A stretch of DNA of 64,000 nucleotides. Source: Lama glama (taxonomy: Eukaryota). The notes below the pieces were generated by a model, which was not told the DNA's origin, did not search any database, and saw only the letters and a list, made by a program, of their open reading frames with translations. Each line of letters begins with the position of its first letter. Position 1 is the stretch's first letter. Both the position numbers and the translations under genes were made by a program. The stretch spans positions 58,716,001 through 58,780,000 of the forward strand of contig CM052817.1 of the NCBI GenBank assembly GCA_028534125.1. Direction: 5' to 3'. This document shows positions 41,946-55,052 of the stretch, in pieces.

Positions 41946-44900
41946 GGAAAAAATAGAGGCAGGTAAAATATTCAAAATAATAAATTGAGTATTAGTTTGT
42001 GTCAGCTGAATTTTTCTAGGAATCATGATTTTCATGGGTTCACATTATTTTTATTTACTTATTTAGAAAATATTTGCTAAGTACTTACAATATATTGAGC
42101 CCTGGGGCATAAAGCCTTATACCAACCAACCATAGATGAGTAGAGACTACCAGAATATACAGGTATAATTGTAATGTCTTTTAATGTTATTATAGCATAG
42201 CAAAAATGTCTGATGTGAAATTTGATACTTAAAGAATCATAATGTAGTATAACATAATATGAGATCTTTTATCACTTTAATGATTTTTTAGAATTATCTT
42301 AGATTTATATAGAGGAAGAGAGGAGATGCTAACATATTTAAGTACCTGAGTATCAGACAAAGGCACTCTTAAGTGCTTTTCAATATATCCTGCTTACTTT
42401 TATGTTTTCTTTATTGATTTATCTATGAAAGGGACACATTTGATATCTATTTATATGAACAAACATGCTATATAGGAACCCAGTTTAATCCTTTCAGTTT
42501 TATAAAATGTTTAATAACGACTTCAACTTTATATAACAATCATAAAATATGACTAGATGATACAAAAACACATAAGTAAATATTAACTTAATATACTCTT
42601 AGGCTGGTAAATTGTGGTAACAGAAAAATCAGAACAAAATGTAAGTAGAAAAAGATTGGGTGTGGTCACAGTTACTATGACTACAGGGAGTCAGGGCAGC
42701 ACTGCATGAACCCAATTAATGGTTAAGTGTCCATCTGCAGTTATATGTTATGTGATAAATTCAAGAAAACAAATCATTACAAGTGAGTACAGTAAATGCC
42801 ATGTCAGTCATACCTTCATTCATTCATTCATTTAACAAAGTATGTATTGAGAATCTGTTATATGCCAGGTACTTGGGTACATTCTGGGCATATGGAGTAA
42901 ATAAAACAATTGTAATTCCCCTTCTCTGGTCTTTTGGGCTCATTTGTTACCAATAACTCTTTAAGTAGTAGGCCTTGTCCTTATCCCTACTCTACAGATG
43001 AAAACATGGTTTAGAGAGGAACTGTACTGATGTCACAATAAGTACTAAGTGTCCCCTTAGTTAGTTTGAGAACAGAGACCAAGCCTGTTACTATCACGTC
43101 ACACATCTCTACCAGGTACAGTGTTAAGAGAAGTGATTATCTGAAAGGTATGAAAAGGCAGTGATGGTTTGTTTCATTGAGAAACGGATGGGGTAGAGGT
43201 GTGTAGACAGAATCACAGTTTATACCAACTCTCTGAGCCAGACAATTTGCTAGGATCCCAGTTAAAATTACATTTTAATAAAAAGAGAAAGGAAAGTGAA
43301 AAAGACAAAAGGCAATAGACAGTCTTGATAACATTTTGATTGTTGTACTATATTATGGATTAATGATTTAGAGACTGAATGAGTTTGAATTTTATTTTAT
43401 CATATTGCCTCTGAGCTATCACGCTGAGGTATTAAAAATTTAATTTTTTTTCTCTGAGACTAACTAAACTTGATGGAGACTGAAATGTATTTTTATTACC
43501 AACTACATCTGCTGGTGAAGACCCAAATAAACAAAGGGCAAAACTAAATCATGATGCTGTATTCTAATATCATCACCTACTAATCCAATATAGAAGCTCT
43601 TATAAAAGGAAGACGTTGATTTAGCACAGCTCTAGCCATCTGATTCACAAAGGTAGGGTGGAAGTCTCTCTTTTCTGTATTGGCTTTTGTAGAACTGTAG
43701 ATCCAGGAAGCATATTTACAGCCCTTTAACAAGCATACGCAGTAATTAAAAACAGCAAGGTTTCCGACTGCATAGCTTGGTTATCTTGGCTATGGAGATA
43801 ACCACTTTTAGCTGACTCCAGGGTACTCTTGAAAACAATATGATTGCACCATGGAGTCTCTGTTTGTTTATCCTACATGTAATTGAAACAGAGCTGACAT
43901 GCTACTCGGGCACTCTCTTCTGCCCTACGCCCAGAGGGAACCATATGTTACATTTCCAAATTTTATAAATGTGTTTAGCATTGTTAACCACACACAAATG
44001 TGAGATCTCTCATTTCATTGACTTTCATTCAATTATGCTTTGGGTGTCTCCTGTTTACCCAGAATAGGCACTTCTGTAAGCAGAGTTAGAGGAAGTATAA
44101 GACTTGAATTTTCACTCAGGCTTGGTAGAAATTAACAGGATAAATTAAAATTTATAATTTATCCTATAATTTATCTTACTGATAAGTTCTTGTGTGTGAT
44201 TTCTCCAGAATGCAGATATTATGAATCCCAATAACTCACACTTCATGTCAAAGGATTGATGAACTATCTCATCTCTCAATGATTCTGGATTTGTTTGGTT
44301 AGTTAAGTATGGAAGAAAGTGACAGTGTGCCCTTAACACAAAGTTTCTCTTCTTAGGATTCTTTTCCAAGAAGAGGTAATAAAACTTATGTTTGAAAAAA
44401 GTACCTTCAGTAACTGAATAGTTTAAGGACTTCCACTCGAAAGATAAATCTTGGGGCCAAAAGGGAAGAAAATGCTGTGAAGGGCATATCCTCCTTTTCA
44501 GCAGAGAGTGTTTTAAGTCGGGGACATTTTTCTTCTGTTGTTTTTCTTCCCTTTATTAAGGGAAAGAAGAAATGAGAAGAAGAGTACTGAAAGTGCAGAT
44601 AAAATATTCTTCTATGTAAGTTTTCATAAAATCTACTGGCAACATATTCTGTAGAAGGTTCACAAAATTTGTTAGAAGTCCAATATGATAAAAAGCAAGA
44701 AATGTATTTTGTAAATATTGATGAAGACATGCTCTGGAAAGTCATATTTTATTAACTCTTGGCATGTCCTTCAAAGAAAAAATAGAATTTGATGCCTAGT
44801 TTCTTAAAGACACATTTGAAGACATTCAGTGAGCATGGATAGTTGTAATTTTTATTCTCAGTGCCTTATTCTGATTTGTATTATGGCAAGTAGAAGTTAA

Positions 44901-45104
44901 ATTTTCTAAGGAGGAGATGCTGATAATTATTACAAGTCAGCTCTAATGTTTAAGCTAATTTTTCTGATTCTAGGTACTTTTGTTTTAAGCATCTTTGTTT
45001 TGAACAATAAATAACTGGTTGACAGTTTGGGGTTTGACAGTTGGGTTTCAGTTGGTTGAAATGCATTTACATTTCTCCCAGCTAGTGACATTATTGAAGG
45101 CTTT

Positions 45105-46199
45105 TTTTTTTAACATTTTTTATTGATTTATAATCATTTTACAATGTTGTGTCAAATTCCAGTGTATAGCACAATTTTTCAGTTATACATGAACATACAT
45201 ATATTCATTGTCACATTTTTTTCACCATTGAGCTACCATAAGATCTTGTATATATTTCCCTGTGCTATGCAGTATAATCTTGTTTATCTAGTCTACAATT
45301 TTGAAATCCCAGTCTATCCCTTCCTACCCCCCACCCCCTTGGCAACCACAAGTTTGTATTCTATGTCTATGAGTCTATTTCTGTTTTGTATTTATGCTTT
45401 GTTTGTTTGTTTTGTTTTTGTCTTTGTTTTTGGATTCTACATATGAGCGATCTCATATGGTATTTTTCTTTCTCTTTCTGGCTTACTTCACTTAGAATGA
45501 CATTCTCCAGGAGCATCCATGTTGCTGCAAATGGCGTTATGTTGTTGGTTTTTGTGNNNNNNNNNNNNNNNNNNNNNNNNNNNNNNNNNNNNNNNNNNNN
45601 NNNNNNNNNNNNNNNNNNNNNNNNNNNNNNNNNNNNNNNNNNNNNNNNNNNNNNNNNNNNNNNNNNNNNNNNNNNNNNNNNNNNNNNNNNNNNNNNNNNN
45701 NNNNNNNNNNNNNNNNNNNNNNNNNNNNNNNNNNNNNNNNNNNNNNNNNNNNNNNNNNNNNNNNNNNNNNNNNNNNNNNNNNNNNNNNNNNNNNNNNNNN
45801 NNNNNNNNNNNNNNNNNNNNNNNNNNNNNNNNNNNNNNNNNNNNNNNNNNNNNNNNNNNNNNNNNNNNNNNNNNNNNNNNNNNNNNNNNNNNNNNNNNNN
45901 NNNNNNNNNNNNNNNNNNNNNNNNNNNNNNNNNNNNNNNNNNNNNNNNNNNNNNNNNNNNNNNNNNNNNNNNNNNNNNNNNNNNNNNNNNNNNNNNNNNN
46001 NNNNNNNNNNNNNNNNNNNNNNNNNNNNNNNNNNNNNNNNNNNNNNNNNNNNNNNNGGAGAACATTTTTGAGTATGTCAGATAATGTTTTGCCTATATTT
46101 TCTTCTAGGAGGTTTATTGTATCTTGTCTTATGTTTAGTCTTTGATCCATTTTGAGTTTATTTTTGTGTATGGTGTAAGGGAGTGTTCTAGCTTCATTG
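45105..46199 (-). mobile_element. Young 5'-truncated LINE-1 with 13-bp TSD; contains the assembly gap
   Basis: Poly-T tail and well-preserved 3'UTR; ORF2 end PFAATWMLLENVILSEVSQKEK. TSD TATTGAAGGCTTT (45092-45104) and TATTGATGGCTTT (46200-46212). Confidence 0.95.
45557..46056. other. Assembly gap (500 N)
   Basis: Run of N flanked by L1 sequence on both sides. Confidence 1.
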
Positions 46200-47249
46200 T
46201 ATTGATGGCTTTATTGAGTTGCCAGATGATGATGATTTGTCCCTAGTATTGGTTTCATATTTAGAAATACACTACATTAGAGGAGAAAAAGGCCCAGGGC
46301 CTGGAAGTTGCAGAGTTGAACCCACATTTCCCATAGAACTTAGGAACATCTATCAATGGACATGTGACAATATACCAAGAACAAACAACAGTGTAGAGGC
46401 TTTCCCAGCACAATTCAAAGCTTAGGTACAAAAATGCATCCTAGTGTTTGGAAACTGTTTTCTTTCAAACCTAGTATTTTCTTAATGAAGGAAAAATTTT
46501 AGTTAAAAAAAAGTGCAATGCCAAACAGAGACAAATCAATAAGCAAAAGAAAAAATGTGTAATACACTGTGAGTAAAAGACTTGAAAGGCAAATGCTCAG
46601 GTGCAACCCACAAGATGAAGTCAGTTCTTTACACAGTATTGCGATGAATCTACACTCATTTTAAATGTATGCAAATATTATGTGTCCCAATGAAACCTTT
46701 TTAATTTTGTTACTCATTTCACATGTTTCATTATGTCCTTTTTAATGTACCTCTTTTATTCATTATTTTGTCTTTTATGGCAAAGTTACTTGCAGTCAAT
46801 TAGTTAAGTGGTGTAAATGTGGCAAAGATGTCTGTGAACAAGGTGCTTATGATACTGAACATGAACTTTTCCAGTCATAGTAGGATAACTCTCTAGTAGT
46901 CTCTAAATGTTAATGTTACACGTGCACAACACACCTCTTTTATTTTCTTACTTTACTGTTATGAGTAGGGCTAAAACACTGTTGTCCAGTTTTCATGGAA
47001 TATTAAAGGAAAAACTGAAACAAATCATATTGCAGGCAAATTCACTGGTAAAGTCTTTCATGGAGGCATAAGTCAGAGAAAATTAAAAGCATTTTCTTTT
47101 TGTTGATTCAGTATGAAAGTATTTATTAAAAGGTGCCAAAGCAAATGCATGAAAAGGAAATACTAAGTCTAATTGTAACAGAGCAGAGGCAGTAAAAGAA
47201 AAATCTCTAGGTAACCCATGTTAATTCTTTTTTTATTACCCTTTTTAGA

Positions 47250-47469
47250 CAATGAAACTCAACCAAAAGTAATTTCCCACCCGCCCCTTCACCCTCTTAA
47301 GGAACATCAGGCAGTGTCTTGAGACATTTTTGATTATCACAGCTGGGGAATTTTACTGGCATTTAGAGGATGGGGATGCTGCTTAACATTGCACAATGCA
47401 CAAGACAATTCAGGACAGCAAGGAATTATCCAACCCAACATGTGAATATAGTCAAGGAGGGAAACTCTG
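47250..47469 (+). mobile_element. MER20 (hAT-Charlie MITE)
   Basis: ggcagtgtcttgagacatttttgattatcacagctgggg, actggcatttag, gatgctgcttaacattgcacaatgcacaagaca, ending gaaactctg. Flanks TTTTAGAC and CTCTAGAT resemble the NTCTAGAN target. Confidence 0.85.
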
Positions 47470-47685
47470 CTCTAGATGTTAGTCGTGAACAATGCTGAAA
47501 TCTTTATTGGTAACTAAGACGTTTTATAGCACTTTTCCGGAAAATGACAAAGTGCCTTGTTTACTATGTTATAGCGTTATTTTCTGCCTGGGGAAACTCA
47601 GTAATGTTGTACTTCTTCACACATTTCTCTAGTCCCGTTCTTAAAACTGACTCAGAACTGAGTCTCTTATAGTTCAATGTAGCCC

Positions 47686-47729
47686 ATCTTACTCTTCAAG
47701 GTTACCTATCTTACTCTTCAAGGTTACCT
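47686..47729. repeat. Perfect 22-bp tandem duplication
   Basis: ATCTTACTCTTCAAGGTTACCT twice. Confidence 0.95.
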
Positions 47730-50339
47730 CGGAACAGTTCTGTTTCAGCCCATCACTTTCCCTTGACAATGTTTGAGTCAAGGTGTCTAGGGAAATGTTA
47801 ATTATAGACTGTTTTTACATGTGCTTCAGTCTGCCCCCATTAGGTTCCAGATCATATACATATTGCATCCTAGAAACACCCTTGAGATCCACATTGACAG
47901 AAATCTAATAATGATCCTGAGTTTTAAATATGTTTTTCAAAGCTCTAAATTTAGGGACACTAGAAAGAAATTTAAATGATTTTAGCTTTAATATTTTTCT
48001 TAGTTCTGTCCCCTAATACATTGTCTTGTATATTTCTTTTCTATACAAATGATTTTCATATGTAATTTTAATCACATTGTATACTGACATCCATGTGTTA
48101 CATTCATATATTTTATCATCTAGTTAACTTTTGTTACAGTTACAAAAAACAACTCTAGTATATTAGTGATAAACTTTTGATATAAACCAGACAGTTAAAA
48201 ATATTAGAAATCAAATTGGTCAACTTAGAAAAATCATGGAAAATATTTCATCCAATTTAATTTTAGGGAAGCAATTCTCACTTAAAATAGTGTTTGATTT
48301 TATTTAATTTTTTTTCCATTTTAAAAAATACAGGAATTTATAGAAACAAAAATACTCTATCATACAATGTAATTTTTCTTACTAGTATTCATTGATTATT
48401 TACTATTGACACAATTGTGTAAATTATCCACCCTAGAAATATTTTAGAATATATTCATATTTAAATAATAATTGAAGGTTAAATATGAAACTAAGAAGAA
48501 TAGACTTTATTTCACCTGCATCCATTTTGACATACATATTTATATATGCATACGTATGTATGCTTTCCTATATATGTTTAATACTGTTTAGGTAAATACT
48601 CCTTTTATTCTTTTATAGATATGAGTGTATTTACACTTTAGTATGTCTATATTTTATAGACATGTGTATACAGACAATTGTGTATTGACTCATTTTTTGA
48701 TCCTTCACTGAATAATTGAATCCATAGTATAGGTTTTAATGAGTTGTTTATACCATAAACCTTCAAATAAAAAGCAACAGACTTAAAAAAAAAGAAACCC
48801 TATCATCTTGTAAGTCCACACCCCTTTTCCTGTAGTCTCCATAGTTACCCAAGAAAGTGATAAAGAGCTATAGAATTGTCATAACAGAAGAGGTTCTTAA
48901 ATTTTTCTTCAGTTGTTTTCCACATTGCTTCTCCAAAAAACAATGTATACCCTCTTTGATGTTAGCCTATTTGGTAAAAGTTCATTTATTTTTGTTGATA
49001 AATACTTCTACTAAGTCATTATTTAGTTTGTCTTTAGAGATTTTATAGACTCCATTTGAAAGCATATACTTTCTATAATACTTATTCACTTATTTAACAG
49101 GTGACTATGTGAAACAAAATATTCTGTATTTGCAGCATCTTGCCATCAAAAAAAAAAAGAAAACTGAAAAAAAAATATTTGCCATGCTTCAAAATGAAAG
49201 AATTCTAGAGAATTGATAACACTTGCATATTTATTCTTTCAGAACCATGTTTTATTGTAATAAATACATTTTAATAGTTAACATTTTAATTTTTATTGAA
49301 TTCCAAAAATAAATTAGCCACTTTCATAATTTAAGTTGTTAAATTTTTAGGTTACACTTAAATTACAGTTTGCTCAATATTTCACTGAGTGTTTATCTTA
49401 TGAAAGTTGACTAGATTAATGTATCACAAGAAGTTGAAGGAATTATTAATATAATTTGCATCCCAATTATCTCAAAAAATGGATAATGTTAGCTTAATAT
49501 TTTTTCCTATTCATTTTTTTGATCCTTGTGCTGTCACCTTCCACTTAGCGTGGGACTGAATGAAAACATGTACTGAATGAAAAACAAATGTAATGAATAG
49601 GTGGTCTCAATCTTTCTGTGAATATTTCTTTGTAAATCCTAGTGAAGCAGGTTTCACCTAGTGAACTAAATAAATAACCAGCTAATTAACTGATTTTAAT
49701 CTATTATCATAGCTTTGAAATTCATTCTAGACTATAGACGGCAAGCAGTCGATTTAAAAATAAAGACGAATGTAATTACTAAGTGATAAAGTAGTTGATT
49801 TTCATCAAACTCCTATTTTGTAGAGTTGACCAGTGACTAAAATAGCAATATCACGCAGAGTAAACACTTTCCTGAAAGTGTAGTTACTATGAGCACCTAA
49901 AGTGAAGAGCTCAAAACACATGCACAATCCCCCACCCCACCCCTACACACAGATGGAGATAGAGAGAGAGAGAAGGCTGGAAAGATAAAGACCAATATTT
50001 TACTATATTTATGTTTGTGTTGAGACTATGTGATGTCTCTGCTTTTTATTTACGGCTACTCTGCTTTTTCTATAATGAAAACATGTGTTTTATGATAATG
50101 AAATGAAATTTATTTTTAAAATATGTGAAGGAGAACAAGTTTTATGACATACAAAGTTAACAGCCAAAGGGCTGATTCTCAGAACTGCCCGGTGATTTCT
50201 GTTCGATTTCACTGTGAGTGGAATTTAAAGTCCTCACACAGTTTCACCCACTCCCTGCCCATTCACTTCTGTAACCCCTTCAGCTTCCCTCCTCACACCT
50301 ACTCACTTGAGTATTCCTACACTGGTTTTGTTTCTCGTT

Positions 50340-50710
50340 TGTGTGCATTATCTTCAGCCTCAGGGATTTTGCTCCTCTGATCCCTCTGCCTGGTATTCTG
50401 CCAGATACCATCAGGCTCAATGCCTCACCTCTTGGAGTTTCCATAGTCTAAATAGTACTGTAAATACCAAGCTCACATTCCCCATTTCCCTTTTTGCTTA
50501 ATTTTTCTCTTAGCATTTTTACCGTGTAACATGTTAGTGTTTTGTGTATGTATTATGTGTGTATTTATGTTAGTATTTTATGTCTCCCCATCTGAATACA
50601 AACTCAAGGGAGGCAGGGATTTTAGTCTTTTTTGTCACATCCCTACCCCTGCACTTAGAAGAGGAGCTGGTTACAAGCAGACACTCAGTAAGTGTCCTAT
50701 GAATTAAGGA
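50340..50710 (-). mobile_element. L2 3' remnant
   Basis: ccctctgcctggtattctgccaga, gtctcccccatctgaatacaaactcaagggaggcagggattttagtc, gcacttagaagaggagctgg, cactcagtaagtgt. Confidence 0.7.
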
Positions 50711-51069
50711 TGTCAGGGGCTTGCCAAGCACAAAGCTGATGTCACTTTACAGGAGTGACACACTTATGTTGTTTTTAATCCCTGGTACAAGATCTGGAAA
50801 ATCACTCCTAAGCAATTACAGCAGGCAAACATTAGCTTGTAGAGTAAGGCAAATAGACTGAAGGAAATTAAACCATGTGTAGACATTCTGCAACTCCAAG
50901 TCACATTAAATCAAAGTCCCAACAGTAATCATTCCCTCAAAGTGCTTCTCAAACTTTTTATATTGTGGTGCCCATAGAAAATGATAAGACTTGAGTAGCA
51001 TATTGTTGTAAATGGACAAAGTTGCTTGTGCCAGGAAGATATTGCCCTAAGACATTCCACTCTAACCAG

Positions 51070-51560
51070 GTATCTCATCATACTTGGGATAAATTCTGAA
51101 GTCCTTAATCTGATTTACAACCTTATGTGATCTGATTCCTGATAGCCTGTCTAACTTCAAAAGGAGATCTGTTCTTGCCCTTTTCAATGGCTTCATTTCT
51201 ATTACTGGAACAAACTAAAGCCCATCTTCATGCATTTGTTCTAGATGTTTCCTCCCTTGGGAAGTCTCCTCCTTATTACTATTCTGACTCTTGTAATTCA
51301 GATCACAGCTTAGATATGAGCTACTCAGAAAGATTATTTCTTATCATGTGGCATAAAGAAACCACATAATCACTCTTGTATCACCAGATTTAATGTTCAG
51401 CATAAGATTCATCAACATCTAATATTTTCTTGTGTATACATCGCTGCATTTGTTTAACCTCTCTCTTGGCTTGAGAGGAAGCCTCTTATTCACTGCAACA
51501 TGTACAGCACTTAAAACAGTCCTTACTAGAAAATATTGTTTAAAATGAATAAATGAGTAA
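51070..51560 (-). mobile_element. L2 3' remnant
   Basis: gggataaattctgaagtccttaa, cttattcactgcaacatgtacagcacttaaaacagt, aaatattgtttaaaatgaataaatga. Confidence 0.6.
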
Positions 51561-51744
51561 AATTTATTATAAACTCAAAAGTCTTTAATGATATTCCCAA
51601 GTATTTTAGAAGTTTGTTTACAACGAAAATGATTTTCTTATATAATTCCAATGAAACAGAAACATTAGTATGTAAATTGTTTCAGGCCGGTTTTTGGTTT
51701 AAAAAAGACCTACTAGCTGTGATCTGGGACACTTTCCTTTTTCC

Positions 51745-51771
51745 TTTCTTTTTTTTTTTTTGTGTGTGTGT

Positions 51772-51812
<41 letters not shown>

Positions 51813-52844
51813 TTGAAGTATAGTTAGTTTACAGTGTGTCAGTTACAGTGTGTCAGCACAATACTTCAGTCATATAGGAACATACATATATTTGTTTTCA
51901 TATTCTTTCACCGTAAGTTACTACAGGATATTGAATATAGTTCCCTGTGCTGTACAGTAAACTTGTCATTTATCTATTTTGTATATAGTGGTTAGTATCT
52001 GCAAATCTTGAACTCCCAATTTATCCCTTCCCACCCTCCCCCACACTGAGTAAGCATAGGTTTGTTTTCTATGTCTGTGAGTCTGTTTCTGTTTTGAAAA
52101 TAAGTTCGTTTGTCCTTTTTTTTTTTTTTATTCTGTATATAAGTGATATCATACGGTATTTTTCTTTCTCTTTCTGGCTTCACTTAGAATCTTAGAATGA
52201 CATTCTCCAGGTCCATCCATGTTGCTGCAAATGGCATTATGTTATTCCTTTTTTATGTCTGAGTGGTATTCCATTATGTAAATATACCACAACTTCTTTA
52301 TCCAATCATCTGTCAATGACATTTACGTTGTTTCCATGTTTTGGCTGTTGTAAATAGTGCTTCTGTGAACATTGGGGTGCATGTGTCTTTCTGAATTAAG
52401 GTTCCCTCTGGATATATGCCCAGGAGTGGGATTCCTGGGTCATATGGTAAGTATTTTTAGTCATTTAAGGAATCTCCATAATGTTTTCCATTAGGGCTGC
52501 ACCACACTACATTCCCACCAGTAGTGGGAACTGAATGGAGAAAATATTTGCAAAAGATGAGACTGACAAGGGCTTAATTTCCAGAATATGTAAACAGCTC
52601 ATACAACTTAAAAACAAACAACCCAATCCAAAAATGGGCAGAAGAACTAAACAAGCAATTCTCCAAGGAAGACATACAAATGGCCAATAGGCACATAAAA
52701 AGTGCTCAATATCGTTAATTATCAGAGAAATGCAAATCAAAACTACAATGGGAATCAACTCATATCAGTCAGAATGATCACCATTCAAAAGTCCACGAAC
52801 AATGAATGCTGGAGAGGCTGTGGAGAAAAGGGAACCCTCCTACA
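51745..52844 (-). mobile_element. LINE-1 with 5' inversion (3' part on -, to about 52525; inverted part on +, about 52526-52844); tail contains a (TA)n microsatellite
   Basis: Antisense L1 runs to cattcccaccagtagtg, then sense L1 runs from gagaaaatatttgcaaa to gagaaaagggaaccctcctaca. Those two ends are adjacent in uninverted L1 (compare 37437-37475). Confidence 0.9.
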
Positions 52845-54649
52845 TACATTGTAAGAAGTGCTATGCTGTTGGTTTATGCAAGCGTTTTCTGGGAGGCATG
52901 GATGCAGAACTCCATCTGATGTTCTTAATTGAGGGCAAATCTAAAAAGAGAATATCATTTTGCCTAATAAACAAAAGGCAGTAAGTAACTGCAGGTCCAT
53001 GAAATATCAAAGGCATAGAAAGAGGAGAGAACGTGGGGAATAACAAAACATTGTGAAACAACTAGAAAAATGGCTGGTAAACAGTACAGAAAAGGTAAGG
53101 TTTAGATTTTTAAACTGGCAGTGTCTCCTGGTGAATAAATTTTGTATCTCTTCAAATATTTAGGTAACACAACAGCCTAGCCGATCATTACATACTGACA
53201 TACAAAATGATCAAGAACTAGGACATCTGCCTTGGCTCCTGAAAATAATAAATTAATTTCAGTTTGCACCTGCAGGGAGCTTGAAAAAGTTACATTCACT
53301 CAGTTGGGAAGAATAGAAGAGGTACTTTGAGTTACTCCAGAGAGCTTCTAAATTAGCTAGGGGACCTACAAATGCTAGTACCTAATTAAGAGCACCTGTT
53401 GGACACTTTTATGAAATCCTTTCAGGGTTTTTTTTTGAAAATGTGTTTATGTACACTTCAGGTTTTAATGTTTAAGATCCATGAATTTTCTCTGAATTAG
53501 AAATAATCATTATTTTGTAATCACTTGCAATCCAAATGGTCATGGGCAAAGTAACTGCATGTTAAAGTAACTGTCAATCTCTGCCACACCATCTTATGAT
53601 AAGTAACCAGCACTTGGCTGGCTTCTTTATCTCCTTTCTAAATCCTGAAAGCAGTTGAAAGGAAAAAAAAAAAAAAAAGGGCAGGGCCTCAGCCCTCATC
53701 TTCAAAATGCTGTGGCTATTGACTATATCCCATGTGATCTTCCTATCTACCCCTTGGGTAAGGTCTCCTCTCTAGGAACGCTAGCTAGCATGTTTCTGCT
53801 TGAATTTATAATAAATTTTTTCCCTTCATGGGACTCCTAGGGCAGGATGTGTGTTATGCAGAAAGGGATGCTTCATTGCAGTTCAGCCAGGTGCCTGTGG
53901 CCTCCTTGCCAACCTTAAAGGCAGACTTCCATCCTTCTTCTGTCCCTGTTTCTTTTTACATTATTGAGGTATAATTTTTTAAATGTTAAAAACATGACTC
54001 ATAAAATATGAAATGAATGTCTATCTAAGATTTTATTCCATACAGTAATTAATTAGGTTATCAGTGAGGTGTTAAAATGTTTCATATTGCATTTGAGTAA
54101 CTAGGTCTTTATAGGCAATGAGGAATGTTAGAATAAGATTGCTGGTGTCGTCTGATCAGACAGATTACTTACCTCTCCACTGTGTATACTATATGGTAAC
54201 ATCTTGTACAGAATTATAAAAAGCCTTATGAGTAGGAGGTTAGTGCACCATGCTATGCACGGCCAGAACATCCAGTAGTCTCTCTACCTGTTTCCAGCAT
54301 TTGTATTGCATTTCTGAGGTCCTGTCCTCAAACAGCTTCCTGAAATTGTTGTTGAAGAGTAAGGTCTGTTAGATTTTTAGCCCCTCATTTAGAATTGATC
54401 TTTAACATTTGAGAACTCAGTTGTTACTACTGCAGTTGTATAATTGTGATTATTGCTTATTTCTTGATAGTATTCCCTGAGTTATTTCTTCTTAACTCCT
54501 TACTATTCTAGGTGCTCATGGTGACAATAACAAATACACATCTCAGACCCAAATGGCCAGACCTGATGGCCTCAACTGGATACATGGTGTGTTCTCAGAG
54601 ATTCTGAGAAATAGATACCATCTGCCCTTGAACACTTTAATAGTGTTTT

Positions 54650-55052
54650 TATTAGGCATTTTATTCATCTTCTTGCCACTATGATGCATCATAAACTTAA
54701 CCCCCAAACCGAGTGGCAGTAAGTATTCATTTCTTTGCTTATGGGACTGTGGTTTGGCTGTGGCTGTGCCAGGTTCTGTCGTGATTTTCTGGCTTTGATT
54801 CCAGGCGAAGGCACCACATGCTTCCTCATATTTCTTGAACTGGGGGCCGGTCATGGCATATTCTTCTTGTGCTAGATCACCAGAGGGCAGAACCATACCC
54901 ACTGCATGATTATTGCATTACATTTGATAATATCCCCTTCACCAAAGCCAGTTTCTTTTCAAAGCACAAATCCATGGAGCAGGAAGTATATTCTGCCCAC
55001 AGTGAGAGGAGGAGGAAAGCTAATGTTTGATTAACAAAAATTCAAACTGTCA
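54650..55052 (-). mobile_element. Old MaLR LTR (MLT1I/J-like)
   Basis: cccccaaaccgagtggc, catttgataatatccccttcaccaaagccag, aaatccatggagcaggaagtatattctgcccac. Confidence 0.65.

Larger units (their letters stand above)
45063..46860 (+). mobile_element. Fossil Mutator-like (MULE/MuDR) DNA transposon fragment: transposase C-terminus and putative right end, interrupted by an L1
   Basis: Joined translation AFTFLPASDIIDGFIEL...YLEIHYIRG...PTFPIELRNIY...PRTNNSVEAF, then in other frames MHPSVWKL and SLHSIAMNLHSF* (stop 46662-46664). This fits the MULE pattern AFLP / Y-E--Y / FP---WN / RTNN--E / HP--W. TGGCAAAG is repeated near the right end. Confidence 0.75.

Noticed and set aside
43775..43808. Resemblance to miR-9 (TTGGTTATCT and AGATAACC)
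   Set aside because: The hairpin is only ~27 nt, far too short for a pre-miRNA, and the rest of the mature miR-9 sequence does not match.
44407..44745. 112-aa - strand ORF as a possible retrocopy
   Set aside because: No recognisable protein similarity, poly-A tail or TSD.
45367..46150. The longest ORFs in the track (208-232 aa)
   Set aside because: They are artefacts of reading through the N gap; the real residues are L1.
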